From a virus (lineage: Duplodnaviria > Caudoviricetes), in the IMG/VR virus record IMGVR_UViG_3300035501_000922: DNA of 64,000 nucleotides; one strand, written 5' to 3'. Shown in pieces: positions 31,027 through 40,600 of this stretch (its first letter is position 1; every line of letters begins with the position of its first letter). Below the pieces are notes generated by a model. The model did not search any database. It was not told the origin of the DNA and worked only from the letters and a program-made list of their open reading frames with translations. Both the position numbers and the translations under genes were made by a program.

Positions 31027-34000
31027 TTATTTTTCTTTATCAAGCAATTTATTCACAAGTTCTTTTAATTGCTCAACTTCATTTTTCAATGATTCAATTT
31101 CTTTATCTTTGCGTTGTGATTCCATTACAAGCATTTGTGTAATGGCACGGTCTTTATAGTTATCAACTCGACCTGTTGGTTTTTCACCAATAGCTTGGTT
31201 ATTATCATCGTATATTGGTTCATACTCATAGTATGTTGCAATGGGTGATAGTTCTTCCACATCTTCAGCTATCATACCAAGTTCAGTAACACCTAGATTA
31301 TTTTTATATTCAAATTCTACGGTTTTAAGATTCATTAAAACTGAGTGATACTGCTCTTTATCTACATTATAATTTATATTGGTTTTAGTTCGACGTGATG
31401 AAGAAGATTTACCAATTTGACCAGCAGACGATACATACAAAGGAGAACCAGATACACTGTTACTGTATGCATATGCATTAATTACTTTGCCACTTAATGT
31501 TATGGAAGTTGGAGCAGTAAGTGTCATAGTAGTAGAGGTCATTGCTATAGATGTACTAGCACATGTCAATGTTAGTGAAGTACTATTTGATGCACCTGTT
31601 ATTGAAACTCCTGATGAATAGGAATCAAAATATATACTACCCTGTATCGATTTACTAATACTTACATATCCCCCTGCAGGATATATTGTTAATACAGGTG
31701 GAGCACCAGTGTTAAATTGAATATATGCCTCTTGTTCAGCATTACCACTACCGTATACACCTCTAATACTTATCTTTTTACTTGTAAGGGTCGTATTATT
31801 ATAATCATCAGAATCAAAACTTAGAGATAGTCCATCATAAGAATGAGTTATTTCTAATTGGCCATCATTATCATTCGATGCCGATGTTATTTGATATACT
31901 TTCGATTTTATATTACTATATGTTGAAGTTATGTTACTATATCGTGTTGCACCAGATCCAGAATACGTACTTCCTAAGCATATTGTAGATACTGAATCTG
32001 GTCCTGTAAGAATATTACCGGTAATTGGCATATAGTCACTATGTGTATGATTTGTCGTATAGTCTTTTAAATTTGTTCCGTCATAATAATAGCATGGGTG
32101 GTCAGCACTTAAAGATAACTGATATACTGTACTATACGTTTGTCCTAGATATATATAATAGTAACCAGCGGTTAATGTCTGCGTTATACAATTGGTAGTT
32201 GGGCTAAAGTAATTATTTGAATCCAACGTTCCTTCTAAGTAAATAGGAGAATTTCCTGTAAAAGCAGTCGTTGTGCAGTTAGTTGAATATCTTAAATCGA
32301 GAGACGCAACTTTACTGTATATGGCATATGTACTGCTAACAAGATTACCTACAGTCGCACTATTATTACCTCCGTAATAATATATAACTGCGGGTATTTT
32401 AAATTTTGCAGTTGTGTTTATTCCCTTACTAGTTCCAGTTCCGCTTGATGTGACAAACGATTGGAACTGTCCATTGCTGTCTAATGCAATTAGTGTATAA
32501 TTCCAAATTCCATTAGTACCTGCATACACTCGTCCATTTTCGTTTCTTAACATATGTACTGTATCAGCATAATAGGCTTTGTTTAACCACCAACCAGTGT
32601 ATGACGTACCACTGATTGTTACAGTTTGGTATGTAAGCACCATTGTATTATTTGCACCGACATGTGTAGTAAGTCTCGATGTACTACTATAGTAGCAATT
32701 AATTGCTCCTGTAGTACTTCCATCTTTAAGGGTAAGATTTAATGTGGCATTACCGCTTCCAGCATAAGGTAACCAATATATGATAGTCAACCCATTATAC
32801 AATTTACTTATTTCACTACTGGTTCCTGTCCATGCACCTGTTGATGATGTTTGTGTACCTGCAACAAAAGGTAACAAGTAATTATGTGTGTGGTCAACTG
32901 TAGCTGCATAAGTTTTATAGTTACCTGAATGTAATGCCCAGTAGTTTGTATTGCTCCACGTAGATGTGTCAGAATTATATGATGGTACTGAAATGAGTAT
33001 ACTGCTATTTCCAGCTTTCGTGGTTGAATTGTATCCAGTAGATATATATGTTTCACCAGTATGATGTGTACTAGCTCCTGAAGCTGCGCCTATCCACAAA
33101 TTAGTAGTATTGTCATGAATACCAGCATACACAGCCCCAGTTTTATCTTTTAACCAATAACCTAAACCAGACGAATTCATAGCTAGATTACCGGTAATAG
33201 CAGTTGAACCAGATAAAGGTATATAGCTATGGGTATGAGATGCTGCAGCAGCACCTATATCATCCAATGTCCATGATACATTAGCACTGCCATCAAATGA
33301 TTTAGCATATTTACCAATCGTTAACGTACGTGCTGTTTCTAACTTTGTTGAGGTATCTGCATTACCTACCAATGCACCATAGAATTTATTAGAAACCATC
33401 CCATTATACTTACTATCTAATGTATGCCAAACCGTGGGAGAAGAAACCGTAGCAGTATAATCAGTATATTTTGTAACAGTAAGATTAGCAGTGCCAATAC
33501 TTATTAAATGACAATTTATTTTTACAGTAGTTGCAGAATTATAGCTAAATTTACTGTATACTTCGACATAACAACTTGTATCGTTATTTTTAACTAATCT
33601 AATTGAAAAATCGGAGTTACTTACATATCCGCATGCACCCACTTGTGTTATTAATCCACTATTATAACCTACACCTATTAAAAATGTATTTTCAACAACC
33701 TGATATGCCTGGGAAAATTGACATGTGAGTAAGTAGTTAGCGTATCCTCCTGAAAGAAAGCATATTCTTGACCATTCACCAATAGTTGTTGTTACCGTCC
33801 ATGATGTTCCTGCTTTAGTTGCAGTAGCAGCATTTCCGGTAATACTTATTCCCCATGTACCACTTGCACCTGTTCCAGTTAAAGGTGTATAATCAGAAAA
33901 TTTCTTACCTGTCGTAGTAATGGTTCCATCATTTAAATAAACTGGTGTATCTGTGCTGCCAACGGTTGTATCAGATGCCTTAGCAACACCGCTTGAAATA

Positions 34001-35121
34001 TAAGTGAGCTTTGTTGCTGACCCAGCTGAACCTATTTTATCAGCCATATATGACCATAATGAGCTCACAGGTCTTCTAACATATGATGTAGTAGTTGTTC
34101 CACCATTCACAGACTGTGAAATGAAATAATCAGCATCAACAGGTGCAGCAGTACCCGTTGTTAATGAATTTATAAATGAATTAGCTGCTGCATTTAATGT
34201 CGTTTGTCCAGTTCCGCCGTACGAAACACCTAGTGTTCCAGCGTCTATGGCAGAAGAGCCGTCATACGTTTTACCATTGATTGACAATGAATTTGAAACT
34301 TTTGTTGCTGTACCTGATAAATCGCCACTAAAAGTACTACTTATTGTGCCTGATACAGTTAATATACTTCCATCACTTCTTAATGTTTGACCAGTCGTAT
34401 TGCTGCTTGAACCTTTAGGTATTAATAATAAACCTGTTACACCAGTTATACCTTTAATACCAAGAAGACCTGCAGAATTTACATCACCGATCGCAACATC
34501 ATCACCCACAGTATTAAGTGTACCATTTGCAAATGTCAATGCTCCAGTTAACTTACCACCTGCGAGCGGTAAGTATGTACTGTGAGTGTGGTCAGTGGTA
34601 GCCGCTCCAATATTGCTGGGGGTACAATATGTTGTGTAGTTTTCATTATGAAGAACAGTTTTCCAGTCTTGCCATGTACCTGAACTCTGACCTCTATAAT
34701 ATAATCCTCCTCTACCAACAGCTAATTGCACATCCCATCCCCCATTATTATCCCAGTCAAAATGTAATATATTAGAATCTACTGGGGGTTTACCTTCTGT
34801 CATTGAAGATGTAGCTAAGAAATGGAACATTGTACCAAGTCCATTAGCACTTGTAGTGAGGTTAGCGGATGTAGGTCTACTACTGCTATATGCTAAAGCT
34901 AAATAAGTATGTGTATGATTTCCTAATGATACAGTAGTTGATGTTGTACCTGTTGGTAGTCTTCCTATAGCTACTGTTCCTGATGATAGATTACTAGCGT
35001 TTAATGAAGTTAAACTGGCTCCTGACCCACTAAATTCTGTTGCGGTTACAGCGCCATTTATATTTATGCCGTTTAAAAAACATGATGAACCTTTTACAAA
35101 TAAATCATTTAATTGTGCCAT
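31027..35121 (-). CDS. Tail fibre protein with C-terminal intramolecular chaperone (peptidase S74-like)
   Basis: HTH/YLPL fibre repeats; SSRRTKTNI...GMIAEDVEE...coiled coil. Confidence 0.85.
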   Translation of the reverse strand: MAQLNDLFVKGSSCFLNGININGAVTATEFSGSGASLTSLNASNLSSGTVAIGRLPTGTTSTTVSLGNHTHTYLALAYSSSRPTSANLTTSANGLGTMFHFLATSSMTEGKPPVDSNILHFDWDNNGGWDVQLAVGRGGLYYRGQSSGTWQDWKTVLHNENYTTYCTPSNIGAATTDHTHSTYLPLAGGKLTGALTFANGTLNTVGDDVAIGDVNSAGLLGIKGITGVTGLLLIPKGSSSNTTGQTLRSDGSILTVSGTISSTFSGDLSGTATKVSNSLSINGKTYDGSSAIDAGTLGVSYGGTGQTTLNAAANSFINSLTTGTAAPVDADYFISQSVNGGTTTTSYVRRPVSSLWSYMADKIGSAGSATKLTYISSGVAKASDTTVGSTDTPVYLNDGTITTTGKKFSDYTPLTGTGASGTWGISITGNAATATKAGTSWTVTTTIGEWSRICFLSGGYANYLLTCQFSQAYQVVENTFLIGVGYNSGLITQVGACGYVSNSDFSIRLVKNNDTSCYVEVYSKFSYNSATTVKINCHLISIGTANLTVTKYTDYTATVSSPTVWHTLDSKYNGMVSNKFYGALVGNADTSTKLETARTLTIGKYAKSFDGSANVSWTLDDIGAAAASHTHSYIPLSGSTAITGNLAMNSSGLGYWLKDKTGAVYAGIHDNTTNLWIGAASGASTHHTGETYISTGYNSTTKAGNSSILISVPSYNSDTSTWSNTNYWALHSGNYKTYAATVDHTHNYLLPFVAGTQTSSTGAWTGTSSEISKLYNGLTIIYWLPYAGSGNATLNLTLKDGSTTGAINCYYSSTSRLTTHVGANNTMVLTYQTVTISGTSYTGWWLNKAYYADTVHMLRNENGRVYAGTNGIWNYTLIALDSNGQFQSFVTSSGTGTSKGINTTAKFKIPAVIYYYGGNNSATVGNLVSSTYAIYSKVASLDLRYSTNCTTTAFTGNSPIYLEGTLDSNNYFSPTTNCITQTLTAGYYYIYLGQTYSTVYQLSLSADHPCYYYDGTNLKDYTTNHTHSDYMPITGNILTGPDSVSTICLGSTYSGSGATRYSNITSTYSNIKSKVYQITSASNDNDGQLEITHSYDGLSLSFDSDDYNNTTLTSKKISIRGVYGSGNAEQEAYIQFNTGAPPVLTIYPAGGYVSISKSIQGSIYFDSYSSGVSITGASNSTSLTLTCASTSIAMTSTTMTLTAPTSITLSGKVINAYAYSNSVSGSPLYVSSAGQIGKSSSSRRTKTNINYNVDKEQYHSVLMNLKTVEFEYKNNLGVTELGMIAEDVEELSPIATYYEYEPIYDDNNQAIGEKPTGRVDNYKDRAITQMLVMESQRKDKEIESLKNEVEQLKELVNKLLDKEK

Positions 35122-35140
35122 TATATCACCTTCTTATTTC

Positions 35141-35740
35141 TTAAGTTTCATATATGTCAGTAGACACAATAATGTTTTTAAATATTTTACATATTCTTTT
35201 TTCAGATAAATTATCTATTCTTACGTAGAAGTCTAGTATAGTAGTTACTGTTTTACTACCGAATCCCGGTATACCATTACTAAATTTACTATATGAACCA
35301 ACAGCACACCACCAGTTTCCGGTAGATGTTGATACAGCACATAGTGTATTACCACTACATTTAACAAGACCACCTTGACCGTTAGTGATGTTAGTGTAGT
35401 CGGTAACTGATGTAGTATTTGTTGGATTATTACTTTGTGACCACCTGTATACAGTATCCTCACTTATATCAGGTTGTATTGCCATAAATTCAAATAAGTT
35501 ATCACTATTTCTGAAGTTTTCAAGTAGATTCAATCTTGAATATAAATCATCAGTTTGTATATTCATTACATTAGAAGATGTAAAAAGGACAGTACCGGAA
35601 TGATTATTGTGATGTAAAATTCTTGCCCATATAGAGTTATCAGTCTCTAGTGTATAAATTGGTATGTCTATAGCATTAGTAATATTATTAAACATATCTG
35701 ATACTTTTACAACACCATTTTTATAGTAATTAACGCTCAT
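35141..35740 (-). CDS. Tail-associated protein (lectin/fibrinogen-like)
   Basis: WARILHHN, WWCAVG motifs; inside the fibre operon. Confidence 0.45.
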   Translation of the reverse strand: MSVNYYKNGVVKVSDMFNNITNAIDIPIYTLETDNSIWARILHHNNHSGTVLFTSSNVMNIQTDDLYSRLNLLENFRNSDNLFEFMAIQPDISEDTVYRWSQSNNPTNTTSVTDYTNITNGQGGLVKCSGNTLCAVSTSTGNWWCAVGSYSKFSNGIPGFGSKTVTTILDFYVRIDNLSEKRICKIFKNIIVSTDIYET

Positions 35741-35741
35741 A

Positions 35742-37526
35742 CTAATCCTCCACTATTTCTTTTGCATAAAGATTACCACTGCTATCAATAGAAATAGATG
35801 ATTGATATAATTTCATTACATCATCATCAGAGAGTGCAGTAGCATATAAACGAAAATCAGACAGATTATAATCAGACGCTGTGTAATTTTTATTACCTAT
35901 AAAATAAGTATTATGCTTTGATAAATACGTCGTATTTATTTTACTATCAACAGCAGTGTATTTAAGAGTACCATTTACATAATATTTGGCCGTGGTTGTA
36001 TCAATATCCCATACTATTGTATATAAATACCATTCACCTAGATTAGGAGTAAAAGCAAATGTGTTACTGCAACAGTCCATTATTACAGCGGTACTGCCAG
36101 TTGAACCTATTATTATAGCATCACTTTCTTTTCCCGTCCAGTTATAAGCACTTGCGAAAAATATATAATTTCTCCATGTACTATCTGATGAATTTCTTTT
36201 AATCCATATAGATACTGTACCTTGTGGTATGTTTTCGAATGCAATATTCTTAGTTGTAATATACCTTTTTGCTGTAGTATCAAAGTAATAACTACCACTG
36301 TATACTGGACTATCACTTGTCCATGCTGGCCTATCACTACTTATCGTACCATTATTTTTTAATCCAGATGTATCATATTCCGTAGTATCATTTAAACCGA
36401 GTGTTGTATATAAGTCATCAGTAGGTGCAGGACACCATCGGGTTGCTTTGTCTCCTTTTTCAAGTTTAAAATTCCATATTTCAACTCCAATAGGGGTTTC
36501 TGATGTGGTACTTACACTGTGACGTAAAGGTCTAAAAGCAAAATACCTAGTATCTGAGAAGGTTTTAGCTGCTAAATAATAAACGAAATGACCTTCTGTA
36601 GAACTTCCACCATAGGTTTCGTATGGTGCTTGAGTACTCCACATATCTGCAGTATAATTAGTACCTGCCCCAGTGCCAATTCCACAACCAGCTTTAGCAG
36701 GAGCATCAGTTAATTTGTAATCAAAACTTAATGTATAATCTTGCCCTGATTCTACAGGAATACTTTTTAACCATGTATATTGTGTACCACTAGCCCATGT
36801 ATCAGTGCCATATGCACTGGTAGATGATTTTGTATATTTTTGTATTGTATTTAACGCTAAGTTTTCATTACCAAATCCGTAGTGATTTAATGGGTAATGC
36901 ATAATTAGCGCTTTACTAATATCGGATAATTCTTTTTGTGATAAACAGTGGTCATATATTCTTACGTCATTAATAAGACCATTAAAATAACCATAATGCC
37001 CTCCTTGGGTATTATGTCCGATTAAAAACTTTGTCGTTCCGGGTAACCAATCAAATGATAATGTATATGTTGTATTTAGTACTCCATCTAAGTATCCTTT
37101 ATATTCCTTCGTTTCATTATCATATGTTAATGTCACATGATGCCATTCATTAAGAGGAAGAGCTTCGGTCAACATCTGTTTTTCTGAACTATAACCATTA
37201 GCCATTAGATTTGCATATATGAGTCCCGTAGTTCTATACCCTATACCTATTCCAAATAATTGATATCCATTAGAACATAATAGTCCCGTATGTGATGATG
37301 GAAGTTCTCTACTATATACCCATAAGCACAAAGAAAATGATGAGTCTTCTTCAAAAATATCAGCTGAAGTTGCATTCAGCGTCATATACTTACTACCAGT
37401 AAAATCATAACATTTTCCTATTTTTCCACTTTCAGATACTGCAGTAGAACCTTGATTTACAGTATATGTAGTTAATCCATAATTATCTAAAGTTCCATCT
37501 AAAGGAAGCCATACTTGTAATGACAT
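35742..37526 (-). CDS. LamG/concanavalin-A-like domain protein (two LamG plus central CBM-like domain), probable receptor-binding
   Basis: EWHHVTLTYD...INDVRIYDHCLS; FKLEKGDKATRWCPAP; second LamG SDFRLYATALS; AGGAGG RBS before ATG 37526. Confidence 0.8.
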   Translation of the reverse strand: MSLQVWLPLDGTLDNYGLTTYTVNQGSTAVSESGKIGKCYDFTGSKYMTLNATSADIFEEDSSFSLCLWVYSRELPSSHTGLLCSNGYQLFGIGIGYRTTGLIYANLMANGYSSEKQMLTEALPLNEWHHVTLTYDNETKEYKGYLDGVLNTTYTLSFDWLPGTTKFLIGHNTQGGHYGYFNGLINDVRIYDHCLSQKELSDISKALIMHYPLNHYGFGNENLALNTIQKYTKSSTSAYGTDTWASGTQYTWLKSIPVESGQDYTLSFDYKLTDAPAKAGCGIGTGAGTNYTADMWSTQAPYETYGGSSTEGHFVYYLAAKTFSDTRYFAFRPLRHSVSTTSETPIGVEIWNFKLEKGDKATRWCPAPTDDLYTTLGLNDTTEYDTSGLKNNGTISSDRPAWTSDSPVYSGSYYFDTTAKRYITTKNIAFENIPQGTVSIWIKRNSSDSTWRNYIFFASAYNWTGKESDAIIIGSTGSTAVIMDCCSNTFAFTPNLGEWYLYTIVWDIDTTTAKYYVNGTLKYTAVDSKINTTYLSKHNTYFIGNKNYTASDYNLSDFRLYATALSDDDVMKLYQSSISIDSSGNLYAKEIVED

Positions 37527-37669
37527 ATTTTCAACCTCCTTATAATAAAAACTAAGTAGATGATACACATCTACTTATTTTGTGATTTTAATACATTGTT
37601 TTTTTGGGGTTATTTTAGACGCCTCAATAAATAAAAGAGAGAACGGTAAATAAACCGTTCTCTCTATTC

Positions 37670-40600
37670 TTATGCAAAAATAAAGTTTAAACATCCTTCA
37701 TCAGAGTCATATTCTAATGATACTGAATCTGCAATATTTACTTTTCCTCCAGTACTAATACTACCGGTAGCACCAATACCACCAGATGTTGTTATAGCAC
37801 CTGTAGTAGATGATGTTGAATCAGTACCGTTAGTACTTTTAATTTCTTTGCTAGTTGTATTTCCTCTTGTTGTTACTGTTTCTAGTGTATCACTCTCTGT
37901 AATAGTTGCAGTAGATGTTGTACCGTCACCTTTAGTAACTGTAATAGTTTTTCCAGAGGCTGAAATAGATTTTATATATGTAGTATTAATTTGTTGTCCT
38001 GCGGAATCCTTAGTAGCATTAGTAGCAGTACCAGATAGATTGCCATAAAAATATGAAGTTGCCTTTATATTAGGAGCAATAAAGTATACTGCTTCTTCTC
38101 CTGCTTGTCCAACTAATGTTAACGAGGCAGGTGCTTGTATTGCATCATAATCTGTAAATACCAACTGGCAACCTTGGTCACCGTTAGCATTCATAAATTG
38201 AATTTTTGGGTTTGTGCTATCAAAAGCATTTGACGAAGACGTTCCACCTTTAATTGATATGCCACCGTTAGCATTTAATAAACCTGTTAGAGTACCACCC
38301 GATAGAGGCAAATAGCTGTGTGTATGTCCTTCAACAGATACTTTCGTATTTCCACTATAAAGTATACCGTTAGTATCAAGAACTTTATAATTAGTACCGG
38401 TACTTCCTAGTGTTCTGTTAGGAGTCCAATAGAACGTTCCGTTGTTATCCCACATACTATCTACAGTATCAGAACCTCTATACCATTGCAAACCTTCCCC
38501 TGCGCTATCACAATTATCTGAGAATAGGATACTGTTAACACCAAAGATATCACTATTGTTTAAATTCAGTGCACCATCACGAGCGTCAGTATACATACTT
38601 CCTTTAAGATTAAGAACACCAGTCATTGTTCCACCTGAGAGAGGCAGGTAACTATGAGTATGAGATGATGCTGCAGCACCCAATGAACTAACAGTTATTA
38701 CATTACTCCAGTTAGTACCAGTTAAAATTCTTGTCCAAGGAGCTACCCATGCGGTATCATTATCTACTGAACCACCTTTTCTAGAACGTATCCACAAATC
38801 TGTAGTTCCAGCCTTATTAGCAATTTGGGTTTGCCACATATTAGATGATGACACAGTGAATGACATATTAATGAAATGGTGCCAGTCAGTTTGACCATTA
38901 GGGTTAACGTACGCAGGTGTTGTAATGTCTGTATTATTCAACTGAGCCATTCCGATAGAATTACCGAATGTTGCTACAGTATTCATATTAGTACTACCGA
39001 CACTACTTTTATCATAAACATACCTTCCATCAGTACCCATCTCAGCAAAAGTCCATGACACGTTTGAACTACCGTCAAACGTTTTACCAGTATTACCGAT
39101 AGTTAATGTACGTGCTGTTTGCAGTTTCGTTGCTGTGTCAGCATTACCTACTAATGCACCAGTGAACGTCGTAGAGTAAACATTTTTCCATTTAATTGAA
39201 CTAGAGCCTAAGCTCTTAGAATTATTACCCCTAGGAACTATATCTCCCCACATAGCCCCTGAGCTAATACCATAATCAAGAACTTCTGTATATGCATATG
39301 CAGATACTGTTGCGTAATCATCACTATCACTTGTAACTTCTTCAATGCTTGTTATTCCAATTGTACTATATACTGTTACGGTACCTTGTGTGCTTAATAA
39401 TGTACCACCACTGTTAGTTGATGCTCGGTATCCATGTAGTTTTAAATAAAAAATCTGTGTCGATGCGTTTGGTTGATAAACACCAAGAAGATTGTTATAA
39501 TTATAAGAAGTAGACCTTATATATAATTTCTGAGCTCTATCATAAATATCAATAAACGTTGTACCTGCAATATTATCATAATTCGCTTTTACAAAAAGTC
39601 TTATCATACCAGTAAAGTATGTTGCACTGCCGCTCAATGTTAACTTAACATATACATTATCGGTTGTTGTAAAATTGCATGTTTTATAATCTGCATATAA
39701 AAATGTATTATTAAGTGAATGGAACCCATCAACAGTATCACTATCGGATGGTAGTGTTACTGTTTTAAGATTAACAGCAGTTACTCTACCGTACGAATCA
39801 GTTGTTACAGTGTCTATAGCATTAAACGTTCCTGAAGCTTTGGGGCTTACAGTAGAAGTATTGTTAGTTCTTGTAACAGTTGCTAAACTAAAAGTTGTAC
39901 TAGATAAACTCAAACCAGTACCTGCAGAATAGGTAGTATCAGAATAGAGTCTCTTCATCCAGCTTCCCCATGTACTTGTACTTGTGGCGTATGTGCGTTT
40001 ATAGCTGATATTGGCATTATCAGGTTCCCATATTTGAAAAGGTGTACCAACGGTAAAATCTACATACAATGTACCATGATTTGTAGTTGCTTGATTAGTA
40101 CCACTCGTAAATTTTATATGATATACACCTGTAGTAGTAATTGTGTTGAAATCCGTAGCAGTACTAATAGTTTTTTCAAGTAAGTAGGGATGCTCTGATG
40201 TAGCATGGGTGTATGCAGTATTCCAGTTACTAAGTTGAGTAGATGATAAAGAAATGCCATCATCACTATATTCTCTTATTGCACCGTTTTTATACCAATA
40301 AGTTGGTTTATCTGTCGAAAGATATATACAATAAGTGTTATACGAATCACCGATGTAAATGTATACATACCCATCATCTTCTATAGGGAGTGTTTGAGTA
40401 TACCATGTATCATCAAGATAAAAAAGACCATCTGTTCCTATAGTTCCCTTTAGATAAACTGAGCTATAAGCTGTTAATGTTGTACCACAGTTTGACGAAT
40501 ACCTAAAATCTATGGGTAAATTTGAATAAATTGCACTAGAGGCTGTTCTATTACCAGATGTAATATTACTACCGCCACTATAAAATAAAACCTTGTCGTA